Positions 9,446 to 19,291 of a stretch of 51,543 nucleotides of DNA are shown piece by piece. Location: IMG/VR virus record IMGVR_UViG_3300024054_000001, positions 1-51,543 of that record; one strand, 5' to 3'. Under the pieces are notes generated by a model. It saw only the letters and a list, made by a program, of their open reading frames with translations. It had not been told where the DNA came from and made no database searches. A program made the position numbers and the translations under genes. Source of the DNA: a virus (taxonomy: Duplodnaviria > Caudoviricetes). Each line of letters begins with the position of its first letter. Position 1 is the stretch's first letter.

Positions 9446-10627
9446 GTGGCGAACGCTGATCTGCCAACGACGGACGAACTGGTTGCGGTGGGGCGCACAG
9501 CGCTCCGGACCGCGCTCGATCCGGCCGGCACCGGTGCCGTCAACCTCCGGCCCGGGTCGCGCAACGACACGGCGCTCTCGGTCCTGGCAGCCATGGGCTC
9601 GCGGCTGTCCAAGTACGCGTCGGAACGGTCTGCTGCTGCCCGGGTCTCGTCCGCGGAGGATGAGGACCTCGATGCGCGCGCGGCCGATCTCTACGGCGAG
9701 GAACGCAAGGCCGCAGTGGCAGCGACGGGTCTGCTGCGATTGAAGCGCAGCGGGTCGTCAGCGACCACGATCCCGAAGGGCTCCCGGTTCGGAGTCCCAG
9801 CGACGGCGTCATCTGCAGCAGTGACGTTCGGAGCGTCGGCCGACGTCGCGTCGAGCAGCACGACCGCGGACGTTGCGGTCACGTGTCTCGAGACGGGCAC
9901 GCGCGGCAACCTCGCGAAGGCCTCGGCCTGCTCGTCGATCCTCGATCCCCTGCCCGACGCCGGGTGGTCGGTTGATGTCGTCACGATGGACGGCGCACCC
10001 ACGTCGTACGTGTTCGGCGGCGGTGCGGCCGAGGAGACTACCGACGAGTTGCGAGCCCGTCTGTTGTCGACTTCGCCGGAGACCAACCGGCGCAGGGGCA
10101 CGCGCGACGCGATCCTCGCCGGCACTCTCCGTGTTCCGGGCGTGGCCTTTGCGACGATCGTCGAGTCGCAGGATGGCATGCTGGCGGTCTTCGCCGGCGA
10201 CGCGAACTACGCGCTGCCGACGGCGCTGAAGACGGCGATTGAGACCGAGCTGCTCGACTGGCGCTGCTTCGGCGTCCCGGTGCGGGTGCTGCCGTTCACG
10301 CTCACGACGGTCACGATCGTCGCGACGATCTACATGGCCCGGCCGCTCGTGAACTACGACGCGGCGAGCATCAGGGCCGACGCGGTCGCCGCGATCAAGC
10401 GGTACTTCGACGACCGACTGTATGCCGACGAGTACTACCAGGACCGGATCGAGGCAGCGATGTTCTCCGTGAATGACGAAGTGCAGACGATCGCGAGCAC
10501 GATCACTCCTTCGACGAATGCGACGCGGCCGTCCGATGCGACGTACGCGGGCTACACGCAGTTGACTCGATACGTCGTCAGCGACGCCTCGATCCAGCTG
10601 ACCATGTCCGGACCACTGACCACCTGA
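9446..10627 (+). CDS. baseplate J-like wedge protein
   Basis: TIPKGSRF, GTRGN, GGAAEETTDELRARL and VPGV motifs. Confidence 0.9.
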   Translation: MANADLPTTDELVAVGRTALRTALDPAGTGAVNLRPGSRNDTALSVLAAMGSRLSKYASERSAAARVSSAEDEDLDARAADLYGEERKAAVAATGLLRLKRSGSSATTIPKGSRFGVPATASSAAVTFGASADVASSSTTADVAVTCLETGTRGNLAKASACSSILDPLPDAGWSVDVVTMDGAPTSYVFGGGAAEETTDELRARLLSTSPETNRRRGTRDAILAGTLRVPGVAFATIVESQDGMLAVFAGDANYALPTALKTAIETELLDWRCFGVPVRVLPFTLTTVTIVATIYMARPLVNYDAASIRADAVAAIKRYFDDRLYADEYYQDRIEAAMFSVNDEVQTIASTITPSTNATRPSDATYAGYTQLTRYVVSDASIQLTMSGPLTT

Positions 10628-10628
10628 G

Positions 10629-11150
10629 ATGGCTGCGCAGTATCCCAACACCACGCTCGAGGACGACACGCTCGACCTCGACTACGGCGGCCAGCCCGTG
10701 TCCGTGTTCGGCCAGCCTGCTTTCAAGTGGCTGAACTCGATCGTCCGGTTCCTCGGCCGCGCATACCTGGCCTACCTGCGAGTGCCGTACGGCACGCAGC
10801 TCGTCGTTTCGCAGAGCAGCGCCGCCGCCGGGGACGTCGCGATCTTCGACGCCGAGCGATCGCCGACCACGGTCGCGTACTACGTCTCGAAGCTCGACGG
10901 CGGATTCGTCAAACCGATGTGCTACGGCGTCTTCCTCGAGCCGTGCTCCTCGCTCGCGAAGGCACGCGTGGTCACGGCCGGCATCATCTCCCAGACGATC
11001 CACGGGCTGGCCCCGCAGGCGACGTCGAAGGACGTCGCGCTCGATTCCGGCACCGGGCGGCTGAAGGTCGCGGGCGTCGGCGACGTCGTGCTCGGCAAGC
11101 TCGACGTCAAGGGCAACGTGCTCTTCACGGGCTTCGGCGCCGAGTTCTGA
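10629..11150 (+). CDS. hypothetical virion protein between baseplate J and I-like genes
   Basis: Phage-like codon use; tight spacing with both neighbours. Confidence 0.6.
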   Translation: MAAQYPNTTLEDDTLDLDYGGQPVSVFGQPAFKWLNSIVRFLGRAYLAYLRVPYGTQLVVSQSSAAAGDVAIFDAERSPTTVAYYVSKLDGGFVKPMCYGVFLEPCSSLAKARVVTAGIISQTIHGLAPQATSKDVALDSGTGRLKVAGVGDVVLGKLDVKGNVLFTGFGAEF

Positions 11151-11956
11151 TGCTTCTGCCGACCGACAACTCGGTCGCGCTCGAGCAGGACAACGACGAG
11201 CTGGTCCTCGATGCGAGCGACCGGCCGGCGCCGACGCTCGACGCGATGCTCGAGCTGCTCCCGGGCTGGGCACGCGAACTGTCGAGTCCCGTGCGCGACG
11301 GCCTGCTCGCCGCCTGGCGCGCGATGGGGAACCACCTGTGGGCTCGCATCGGCCAACTGCTCGCCGCGGGTGGGTCGCCGCGATGCGCGGAGGGTGTGTG
11401 GCTCGAGGCGTGGGGCGTCGAGTTCCGTCGTGCGAAGGTGCCAGGCGAGTCCGACGGGCAGTACCGCGCCCGGTTGCTCAATCCGCCCGACGTCGTCTCG
11501 CCCACCGCGATTCGCGAGGCGGTCGAGGCAATCGCCTCCGAGGAAGGCGTCGACGAGGTGCTCTTCCTCGAGCCCGCGATCGACGCGATGTTCGCCGCCC
11601 CGAACGACAACGGGCCGTGGGAGTGTTGGCTGCAGCCTGCAACGGGCCGTTTGTGGCCGACGGACTCGACCCGATCATCGAATCGATACGGCCTCTACGC
11701 CGTGCCCGTGACGGCCAGGGCGCTGTTCTGGATCGTCCTGCCCGGCGATCCCGGTGCCGACGCGAGCGCCTTCGCGGCGCCGAACGACTCGAGCACCATC
11801 CTCGACTTCGTCGGATCGACGTCGACGGTGTTCGTCTACGCCTTCCGCGCTGCCGACCTGCTCCTCGAGCGCATCGCCTCGGAGATCGAGGCCCGTCGTG
11901 GCGGCGGCGTCGTCTGGTTCGGACTTTACGACCCCTTCCTGCTGAACGCTGCGTGA
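11150..11956 (+). CDS. baseplate wedge protein (gpI/gp48-like)
   Basis: AEGVWLEAWG...PGESDGQYRARL...SPTAI motif; TGATG overlap. Confidence 0.7.
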   Translation: MLLPTDNSVALEQDNDELVLDASDRPAPTLDAMLELLPGWARELSSPVRDGLLAAWRAMGNHLWARIGQLLAAGGSPRCAEGVWLEAWGVEFRRAKVPGESDGQYRARLLNPPDVVSPTAIREAVEAIASEEGVDEVLFLEPAIDAMFAAPNDNGPWECWLQPATGRLWPTDSTRSSNRYGLYAVPVTARALFWIVLPGDPGADASAFAAPNDSSTILDFVGSTSTVFVYAFRAADLLLERIASEIEARRGGGVVWFGLYDPFLLNAA

Positions 11957-11963
11957 GAATCCC

Positions 11964-13106
11964 ATGTCAGGACCCCTGAAGAACTGGACCGACGGCGAAG
12001 GCATCGTGACGCCGGAGCTGCAGCGCGCTGCCGACGCGGCCGCCGCGGCCGACGACCTGATCCTGCGCGCTCTCGTGCCACCTGGCGCTGCCGGCGCTTC
12101 GACGTACGGCAAGCGCGTGCTTCCCCTCGTCGAGGAGACCGCCAGCGTCAACCCGCGGCAGCTCGTGTACCCGAGCGGTACTGCGGGCAAGGCGAAGGTC
12201 CGCCCGTTCCAGCTCATCGTCGGCGCGAAAGACATCGTCGCGCCCGACGTCGCGGACGTGATTCTCGCCGGCGCCCGACTCACCGAGTTCGAGAGCACCG
12301 TCTTCGGCAACACTTCGGCGAACAACCGCTGCGATGTGCTCTACGCGCTGATCCAGCGCTCGGGCACGACCGCGAGTCGCAAGGTCAAGGACCCGACGAC
12401 CGGTATCGTGTCGACGCAGTCGATCACGATCTACAAGGACGTCGCGATCTCCTTCGGGATCCAAGTGGGTTCCGAGGGCGGCGGCGCGCCGGTGCCTTCC
12501 CTCCCGTCGGACACGTCGACGGCTTGGTACGTGGCCCTCGCCGAGGTCCGACTCGCGCATCCATTCGTGGGCGGCGCGCTCACGCATGGCTATGCACTGG
12601 GCGGCGCCGGCACTGGCAGGATCGCGCAGGTTTGGCCCGGTTCGTGGATCGCCGACCAACGACTGCGACGGCACCAAGGGTTCACGTCGGTGGTCAACAG
12701 CTCGGGAGTCGTGGCTTCGGCGACGCAGACCACGGAGCGAAGCGGCGCCGGTGCGCGATGCGTCTTCACAATCCGGCAAGTCACCGGATCGGCGAACTAC
12801 TACAAGCTCGACACGACGCGCGACTGGCGCGGCCGCCTGGTCCGAGCGCGCGTGGTCAAGCTCACACCGGCGGGCACGGCCCCGCATGCGGTGACCGCCG
12901 CGGGCGCGCCGACGAGCGACCTCGACACCGGCTCGCGGATGACCGGCACCGACGGCGCGGACTTCTGGACGAGCGGCGGCTCGCCGACGCCGATCTATCT
13001 TCGCGCGAACTCATCCACGGGCGCACTCGAGATCAAGTTCGACAACGCCGGCGCGCCGGACGAGTGGGTCATCGACATCGAGGCGACGGACCAGTTCCTC
13101 GGGTAG
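11964..13106 (+). CDS. tail fibre/baseplate-attached protein
   Basis: NRCDVLYA...PSLPSD...VALAEVRL resembles fibre N-terminal attachment domains; follows the wedge genes. Confidence 0.6.
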   Translation: MSGPLKNWTDGEGIVTPELQRAADAAAAADDLILRALVPPGAAGASTYGKRVLPLVEETASVNPRQLVYPSGTAGKAKVRPFQLIVGAKDIVAPDVADVILAGARLTEFESTVFGNTSANNRCDVLYALIQRSGTTASRKVKDPTTGIVSTQSITIYKDVAISFGIQVGSEGGGAPVPSLPSDTSTAWYVALAEVRLAHPFVGGALTHGYALGGAGTGRIAQVWPGSWIADQRLRRHQGFTSVVNSSGVVASATQTTERSGAGARCVFTIRQVTGSANYYKLDTTRDWRGRLVRARVVKLTPAGTAPHAVTAAGAPTSDLDTGSRMTGTDGADFWTSGGSPTPIYLRANSSTGALEIKFDNAGAPDEWVIDIEATDQFLG

Positions 13107-13868
13107 TCACCGACAGGGGACCAACCCCATCGAGTTGAAGCACGAGCACGCGCGTCCCGATGGGCTGCAAACCATGCAGGTCGGAGCAGTGATCGAGGCG
13201 TAGAGGAAGATGCGCCAGGTTCCGACGCGCATGTCGACGCCCGGATAGATGCAGGCGGCGACCGAATCGCCGACCAGCAACCCCAGGCGCATCGCGTCGG
13301 CAAAGCAGTTGTAGTGCTCCGGGCTCGGACTCATCGGGGGCGGAAACGTCGGCTCGCGAGGGTTGTTGTCCGCGAAGCCGTCGCAGTCGTCGTCGACGCC
13401 GTCGCACCGCTCGAGCGGGTAGCCCGGTCGACGGAGTCGGTTCGAATCGTCGCAGTCGTCGGCGTTGTCGACCGTCCCGTCGGGGCACGCTGCGCCGCAC
13501 ACGACCATCACGGGTCGCGTGCGATCGCCGAACGTGTCGCGGTCGCTGTCCTGGTAGCAGGTGCGTTCGCATCGGTCCGACGGAACGTCGCCGGCGTCGG
13601 CACGGTGGCAGAACCCATCGGCGCCGCAGGTCTCGCCCGCGAAGCACGGTGGCGAGCACCGATACGCGCCGTCGGGGTACCGCCAGGCCTCATCGACGAC
13701 GTCGGTAGCGTCGAGTGGCGTCGGCGTGTCGGTCGACGCGTCGACGACGTCGACGTTCGCGTCCGTCGCGATCTCGACGCTCGCGTCGTTCGTCGTCACG
13801 TCCGTCGCTCCCGTCGTGCCGCAGCCACCGGCTGCGCAGGCAGCTACGAGGCCCCAGATGATTCGCAT
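13107..13868 (-). CDS. Cys/Asp-rich lipoprotein with MopE-type putative metal-binding motif (moron)
   Basis: Signal peptide ending AAGGC; Thr/Asp linker; CYQDSDRDTFGD...DDCDDSN...ERCDGVDDDCDG motif common in myxobacterial surface proteins; antisense to the late operon. Confidence 0.75.
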   Translation of the reverse strand: MRIIWGLVAACAAGGCGTTGATDVTTNDASVEIATDANVDVVDASTDTPTPLDATDVVDEAWRYPDGAYRCSPPCFAGETCGADGFCHRADAGDVPSDRCERTCYQDSDRDTFGDRTRPVMVVCGAACPDGTVDNADDCDDSNRLRRPGYPLERCDGVDDDCDGFADNNPREPTFPPPMSPSPEHYNCFADAMRLGLLVGDSVAACIYPGVDMRVGTWRIFLYASITAPTCMVCSPSGRACSCFNSMGLVPCR

Positions 13869-13903
13869 GCGTCGAGGGTGCGTCGCGCGCCCGCCACGCG
13901 CAA
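13869..13903 (-). promoter_or_regulatory. putative leaderless promoter of the lipoprotein moron
   Basis: Minus strand reads TTGCGC-17 nt-CACCCT-6 nt-ATG; no SD sequence. Confidence 0.45.
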
Positions 13904-13951
13904 CCGCCCCTGAGGGTGGAGTTTCCTTCCGATTCGCACCGTGAGCTGACG

Positions 13952-14716
13952 ATGGCCATTCGCCACAAGAAGAACGCGGGAGGCCTCAGCGTCCTCGACA
14001 TCGATGGGAAGACCATCGATCCGTCGGGCGCCGTGGCGGGCCAGGCGCTGATCTACGACTCGGTCACGGGCAAGTTCGTCCCGGGCTCGAGTCTCTCGCC
14101 GTTCCACTTTCGGCTCGACCCGACGTCGACGGCCGCCTTCGGCACGCCGCGCGCGTCGTCCGGATCGCCGCCGGCGGTCACGACGGGCACGGACACCGCG
14201 GGTCGCAAGTACGTCCGCTTCACGGCGAACACGTCGAACCCCTCCGTGATCCCGATCACGACGCCGGCGCTTTCGCTGACCGGCCGTTTCCGCATCGAGA
14301 TGCGCGCGAACTGGGGCACGGGCCAGGGCGCTTCGCAGCGCGTCGGCATCTGCTGGAACCTCGATCCCGCGTCGGGCTTCACGTGGTTCGGAGTCGGCAA
14401 TGCCTCCGCCGGCGGCGCATCGTTCGACAGCGATCTCGATGGCACGGCCGAGAACTTCACGACGTTCTCCGCCCGGCAGACGGACGCGTCCTACGAGTAC
14501 TCGCCGCTGCACGTCGAGGTGTTCATCGACTCGAGCACCGGGTACTGCACGTACACCTACGGCGGGCAGCCCTTCTACTACGGCGCGTTCCAGCAGCGCC
14601 GGAAGACCGCGCTGCGCACGTCGGGGAAGTTCGGCCTCGGCCTCTGGTCGCAGGGCAACACGGGCACGCTCGACATCGCCGAGCTGCTGATCTGGAAGAA
14701 CGAACGGGACTGGTGA
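13952..14716 (+). CDS. putative fibre/receptor-binding protein with beta-sandwich domain
   Basis: AVAGQALIYDSVTGKFVP fibre-linker motif followed by an aromatic beta-rich domain ending GKFGLG...DI. Confidence 0.55.
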   Translation: MAIRHKKNAGGLSVLDIDGKTIDPSGAVAGQALIYDSVTGKFVPGSSLSPFHFRLDPTSTAAFGTPRASSGSPPAVTTGTDTAGRKYVRFTANTSNPSVIPITTPALSLTGRFRIEMRANWGTGQGASQRVGICWNLDPASGFTWFGVGNASAGGASFDSDLDGTAENFTTFSARQTDASYEYSPLHVEVFIDSSTGYCTYTYGGQPFYYGAFQQRRKTALRTSGKFGLGLWSQGNTGTLDIAELLIWKNERDW

Positions 14717-14717
14717 C

Positions 14718-15164
14718 ATGGACCCCACTCGCTATGCACATCGCCTCGGCGGAGGCCACCGCAACCGCCGCGTCTGGATCCTCACCGTTGACAACACAAG
14801 CGCGGGGCGCGTCGTCACGCTGACGGCGGGCACGTGGGTGCTCGAGGGCAGCGCGATTCAGGTCTACTACTGCACGCGCGTCGCGACCAACGACACGGGC
14901 AGCCTCCACATAGATGAGTCCGCGCCGGCGGCGGGCGACTTCGCGGCGGCCGTCCAAGGCACGCCGATTGCCGGCAAGGCCTACGGCACCGGCAAGCTCG
15001 CCGAGGACAACGGGAGCAGCACGGGCTCCACGCGAGGCGCGCCCGAGGTGCCGACGGACATCAGCCGCGAGGTCGTGTTCACGGTCGCCCCAGGATCGTT
15101 CCTGAACCTCTATGTGAAGGCCGCCTCGGCGACGACCTGCAAGCTGCGCGGCCCGATCACCTGA
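14718..15164 (+). CDS. hypothetical virion protein
   Basis: 148-aa ORF tightly packed in the fibre module. Confidence 0.55.
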   Translation: MDPTRYAHRLGGGHRNRRVWILTVDNTSAGRVVTLTAGTWVLEGSAIQVYYCTRVATNDTGSLHIDESAPAAGDFAAAVQGTPIAGKAYGTGKLAEDNGSSTGSTRGAPEVPTDISREVVFTVAPGSFLNLYVKAASATTCKLRGPIT

Positions 15165-15170
15165 GCGCCC

Positions 15171-16382
15171 ATGCTCGACTCGATCATCGCCACCGGGCTC
15201 GCCGAGGAGTACGGCCTCGAGGCCTCCGACCTCGGCGGCTGCGTGCTGTGGCTCAGCGACGACTCGCGGCTCGCCACGCTCGCGCAGCCGACAGTTGCGA
15301 ACCCGAAGGACCTCTCCCAGGCATCATGGGTCAAGACCGGGATGACGAGCGTCACGCACGGTGCGGCGGACAGCGAAGGCGGCACGAGCGCGGACACGCT
15401 GGTCGAGGACACGTCGACGGGTCTCCACTACCTGCGCGAATCGGTCGGCGCAACGTACGTAGGCGGACTCTCGACCGTCGCCGAGATCGACTTGCTGTAC
15501 GCCGACTGCCCGTGGATCTGGATGCAGTGCTACAACGGCAAGTACGTCTTCTTCAACATCCAGACGCTCACCGTCGGATTCCAGAACAACGCGACCGGTT
15601 CGATTGCTCGGCTTCCGAACGGCTGGATTCGCTGCTCGATGGCATTCACGTCCACAGCCGGCGCTTCCAACTGCGACGTCGGCATGGGCAGCGCCGACAA
15701 CGTGACGAGCTACACGGGCTCCTCGCGATCGGTCCGGGCGTACAACTACCGACTGACACAGAACCGCACTGCACAGCGGCGCGATCGGACAACGAACGCG
15801 AACCACTTCACGCAGGCTGCGGATGCGGCGATGCCCCAGTGGCAGCCGACGAGTGGTCCGCTCGGACGCCCGCAGTTCACGACCGACTCGACGGACGACC
15901 ACCTGACAAACGCCGTCGAAAATACGGTGAGCGCGTACACGCTGTTCGCAGCCGCGAAGGTCTCCGACTTCTCTTCGCAGCGCGCACTGTGGAGCAACCG
16001 GCACTTGGTCGCCCCGGGCGGTGGAACACTCACGTTCTGGGGCATCCAGGCCTCGACGGGGAAACTGTTCCTGTTCCAAAACACAGCCTCGATCGGCTCG
16101 TTACTGACGAGCAATGCGATCACGGCGGGGCAACCATTCATCGCAGAACTGGCTGTCGACGGCACGGGCCGCGCGCTTGCGCTGAACGGTGTCGAGGCAA
16201 CCGACGCCGCGAACAGCACGACGACGAAGATCCCGGCCGGCTACCTCGGTCGCGACTCTGGGGTCTACACGCCCGGCGCACAGCTCGATGTTGCGATGTG
16301 GTCGCGTCGACTGTCATCGGACGATCGCTCGCGCATCAGGCAGGCCCTGGGTGCCAGGTGGGGCGTGGCGGTGACGCCATGA
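15171..16382 (+). CDS. putative receptor-binding/spike protein with carbohydrate-binding and LamG/ConA-like domains
   Basis: TLVEDTSTG...GWIRCS beta-sandwich insert and C-terminal ...MWSRRLSSDDRSRIRQALGARWG typical of phage LamG-like proteins. Confidence 0.6.
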   Translation: MLDSIIATGLAEEYGLEASDLGGCVLWLSDDSRLATLAQPTVANPKDLSQASWVKTGMTSVTHGAADSEGGTSADTLVEDTSTGLHYLRESVGATYVGGLSTVAEIDLLYADCPWIWMQCYNGKYVFFNIQTLTVGFQNNATGSIARLPNGWIRCSMAFTSTAGASNCDVGMGSADNVTSYTGSSRSVRAYNYRLTQNRTAQRRDRTTNANHFTQAADAAMPQWQPTSGPLGRPQFTTDSTDDHLTNAVENTVSAYTLFAAAKVSDFSSQRALWSNRHLVAPGGGTLTFWGIQASTGKLFLFQNTASIGSLLTSNAITAGQPFIAELAVDGTGRALALNGVEATDAANSTTTKIPAGYLGRDSGVYTPGAQLDVAMWSRRLSSDDRSRIRQALGARWGVAVTP

Positions 16383-16642
16383 GAGCCATCGTCCTCCAAG
16401 CCGGCGACGAGGACGCGATCAACACCGCACTCGGCTACCCGACGCCCTGCTACCGCGCGAGCGACGGGCGGGTCGTGCCGGGAGTGTACTCGCTCCGGCA
16501 TCGCGACCCCGAGACCGACACGCTCGCGCGGCAGGTGCTCGTGGTCGACGACGTGGAGACAGCGCTCCCGGCACCGCTGCGGGCGCGCGTGGTCAACGTG
16601 ACGATCCAGGCTGTCGCGGTCGAGGAGCCCGTGGTCGGATGA
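16379..16642 (+). CDS. hypothetical protein (possible fibre chaperone)
   Basis: ATGA overlap; MRAIVLQAGDEDAINTALG...; 87 aa. Confidence 0.55.
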   Translation: MRAIVLQAGDEDAINTALGYPTPCYRASDGRVVPGVYSLRHRDPETDTLARQVLVVDDVETALPAPLRARVVNVTIQAVAVEEPVVG

Positions 16643-16932
16643 TGCTCGTCGCCCAGGCCATCTCCGTGCCAGCGTGGCTCGTGGGGATCGCGGCGACGCT
16701 GTTCCTCGCCGCGCTCGGAGCGCTCATCACCCTCGTCGTGCGCATCACGACGCTCACGAACAAGCTCGACAACGCCATCGAGCGGCTGACCTCGCTCGAG
16801 ACTCGATTCAGCGACATCCACGACCTGCGTACGACGCAGGCGACGATGGACGTCCGGCTGACCGCGGTCGAGCGTGAGCACGATCGAGAGCCCACCGGCC
16901 GACACAACGTGCCGACCCCCGTGAGGAGCTGA
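16639..16932 (+). CDS. single-TM coiled-coil membrane protein (holin-, XhlA- or i-spanin-like)
   Basis: One hydrophobic helix (WLVGIAATLFLAALGALITLVV) followed by a heptad-pattern helix. Confidence 0.55.
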   Translation: MMLVAQAISVPAWLVGIAATLFLAALGALITLVVRITTLTNKLDNAIERLTSLETRFSDIHDLRTTQATMDVRLTAVEREHDREPTGRHNVPTPVRS

Positions 16933-16933
16933 C

Positions 16934-17338
16934 ATGGCCGGATCGAAGTCCAACTACCTCGAGGACAAGATCAACGACCACGTGCTCGGCGGCGGCGACT
17001 ACACGCGCCCCGCGACGGTATACGTGGCGCTGTTCGCGGTTGCACCCACCGACGCCGGCGGCGGCACCGAGGTCACGGGCGGCAGCTACGCTCGCGTAGC
17101 CGTCACCAACAACAACACGAACTGGCCCGCGTCGAGCGGCGGACTGAAGTCGAATGGCACGGCCGTGACGTTCCCGACGGCGTCGGCGAACTGGGGCACG
17201 TGCGTCGCGTTCGCGATCTTCGACGCGTCGAGCGGCGGCAACATGCTGTACTGGGCCGACCTCGCGGTCTCGAAGGCTGTGAACAGCGGGGACACGGCGT
17301 CGTTCGCGATCGGCGACATCGACGTGACGGAGGACTGA
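16934..17338 (+). CDS. small virion fibre-associated protein (mycobacteriophage gp80-like family)
   Basis: SNYLEDKI...YVALF...GGTEVTGGSYARV...FPTASANWGT...FDASSGGNML is a widespread phage family signature. Confidence 0.75.
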   Translation: MAGSKSNYLEDKINDHVLGGGDYTRPATVYVALFAVAPTDAGGGTEVTGGSYARVAVTNNNTNWPASSGGLKSNGTAVTFPTASANWGTCVAFAIFDASSGGNMLYWADLAVSKAVNSGDTASFAIGDIDVTED

Positions 17339-18460
17339 GTGCAGCTCGCGTCACAGCACCGCCCGATCCGTCGCGAGTCGCCGAGCCAACAGGACGCACG
17401 CATCCGCATGGCGCTGTTGGGCGCGCGTGCAGTCGATCGCGTGATGCCGGTGCTCGACCCTCGCGGCAAGGTCGCGGCGTGGGTCTGCGGCGCACCGTGG
17501 TGGGCACGTGATCGTCGGCCGATGTGGGCACCGGCGCGGCCCGGCGATCGAGCGCACCCGCTCCAGTGCGGCTTCACGACGTACGACGACCTGATCGCCG
17601 AGACCAGCAACGCGGGGAAGATGTATCGCGTCCACTGGTCGAAGGGCGCGACGACAGCGCCCGTCGCGTCGAACTGGTACGACCTGTGGCCCGTTGGCGG
17701 GACTCCGGTCGCTGGCACGTATCCCGGCGCAGCGCGCGTTGCGACGCAGTGGAGCGACACGAGCACAGGGGCCATGTGGTGCCACGGCAACGTGTCGACG
17801 GACACGAAGCACGTGCTCTACGGATACGGCCTGTCGTCGGCCGCGCAGCCGACGCTCCTATTCGTCTACGACAGGGTCCTCACGTACGAGGCGTGTGCTT
17901 TCTCGACGTCGAACCAGACGATGACGAACGGCGTGGCCGCGCAGCGCTACATCAGCGCCGGGCAGCCTGCGCTCAAGGTCATGACGACCTGCCAGACGGC
18001 GCTGGGCGCGACGGCATCGACGTTTACGCAGCTCCGGTACACCGATCAGGACGGCAACACACTCCAGTCGATTCCGACCACGGCACCCAACAACGTGATC
18101 GTCTCGGCCGCTGCGCCGACGGCGACGCTCGGTGCGCGCATCGTCCATCCGTCCGCGTCCGGTGCGACGCTGACCGCAGGCCCGTTCATGCAGCTCGCGG
18201 CCGGCGACGGCGGAGTGCGCTTGATCAACGACTTCACGTGCTCGGGCGCGAACACCGGCACGCTTGCGTTCGTGCTGATGCACCCGATCGCGTGGTTCCC
18301 GCTCACGGGCACGGCAGGCGTGCCGGTGATGCTCGACTTCGTGATGCAGTTGGCCGGGCTGGAGAGGATCTACGACGGTGCGTGTCTCGCGCATGGCGGA
18401 TTCTGGGCGGCGGCGACGGCCGCCACGGTGAGCGGGCACCTGCAAGTCGGCTGGGGGTGA
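17339..18460 (+). CDS. hypothetical virion structural protein
   Basis: 373-aa beta-rich ORF abutting both neighbours; start codon uncertain. Confidence 0.6.
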   Translation: MQLASQHRPIRRESPSQQDARIRMALLGARAVDRVMPVLDPRGKVAAWVCGAPWWARDRRPMWAPARPGDRAHPLQCGFTTYDDLIAETSNAGKMYRVHWSKGATTAPVASNWYDLWPVGGTPVAGTYPGAARVATQWSDTSTGAMWCHGNVSTDTKHVLYGYGLSSAAQPTLLFVYDRVLTYEACAFSTSNQTMTNGVAAQRYISAGQPALKVMTTCQTALGATASTFTQLRYTDQDGNTLQSIPTTAPNNVIVSAAAPTATLGARIVHPSASGATLTAGPFMQLAAGDGGVRLINDFTCSGANTGTLAFVLMHPIAWFPLTGTAGVPVMLDFVMQLAGLERIYDGACLAHGGFWAAATAATVSGHLQVGWG

Positions 18461-18463
18461 TCC

Positions 18464-19288
18464 GTGGCGCTCGTCGGGACCGTCCCCGGTCAGCGCTGGG
18501 TCACCCCGTCTGCCAGGCAGACGGGGTGGACGGCGCGCAGCGAGGTCGGCGTTGCCCAGACCGACAAGCTCCCATCGAGCGCGACGACGCCCTACAGGCT
18601 GGCGCTCAAGGCCGCCAGCGGATCGGCAGTATCGCTCGCAGCGACGACGGCCGGCGTCTGTACGGCCGCGAGCGCGCTCTCCGTCACACGCGGACTCGCA
18701 GTGGCACCTGCGGGAGCGTCGACCGCATCTGGCGCTCTCAGGCTCGCGGTCGCGCTCCAGTGCTCGAGCGCAGGCACGTCGACCGTCTCCGGCGCACTGA
18801 GCGCCGCCAGGGCGCTCGCCGCGACGTCCGCGGGCGTCTGCTCCGTCTCGGCAGCCATCGCGGTCGCTCGATCACTGGCAGCGACGGCGACGTGCGCGGC
18901 GACATGCTCGGCGGCCGTTTCGGTCACACGTGGCCTCGCTGCGGCGAGCGCGGGCTCCACGACCGTCGCAGGAGCCATCGCGGTCGCGAGGGCCCTGGCC
19001 GCGCTGAGTGCGGGCAACGCGACCGTCGCGGCGTCCGTCACGCTCGCTCGCGCGTTCGCAACGACGAGCACCGGGCACGCGACGGTTGCCGCTGCGCTCA
19101 CCGTCACGGGCAAGCAACCGCTCGCCCCGACGGTCACCGTGGCCGTCGCCTCCCGTCGATCGGTCACCGTCGCGATCGCGCAGCAGCGGTCGTTGACGAT
19201 TGGCGCGACGAATCGCCGATCCGTCACCGTCACCGGCGACGACGCACTCACCGCAGAGATCGCCGCTCGCTCACGACGTTCGAATTGA
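18464..19288 (+). CDS. Ala/Thr/Ser-rich repeat protein (putative fibre shaft)
   Basis: Eight 20-aa repeats of the form LAAxSAGxxTVxxAxxVxRx. Confidence 0.65.
   Translation: MALVGTVPGQRWVTPSARQTGWTARSEVGVAQTDKLPSSATTPYRLALKAASGSAVSLAATTAGVCTAASALSVTRGLAVAPAGASTASGALRLAVALQCSSAGTSTVSGALSAARALAATSAGVCSVSAAIAVARSLAATATCAATCSAAVSVTRGLAAASAGSTTVAGAIAVARALAALSAGNATVAASVTLARAFATTSTGHATVAAALTVTGKQPLAPTVTVAVASRRSVTVAIAQQRSLTIGATNRRSVTVTGDDALTAEIAARSRRSN
18635..19114 (+). repeat. 8 x 60-bp degenerate coding tandem repeat
   Basis: Protein repeats run from LAATTAGVCTAASALSVTRG to FATTSTGHATVAAALTVTGK. Confidence 0.75.
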
Positions 19289-19291
19289 TCC

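Noticed and set aside
1321-13106. Standalone extracellular contractile injection system or tailocin
   Set aside because: Capsid, portal, terminase, replication and integration genes are on the same circle, so it is a phage tail.
18635-19114. CRISPR array or DGR template/variable repeats
   Set aside because: The repeats are degenerate, in-frame and conserved at the protein level; no spacers, cas genes or reverse transcriptase are seen anywhere in the window.
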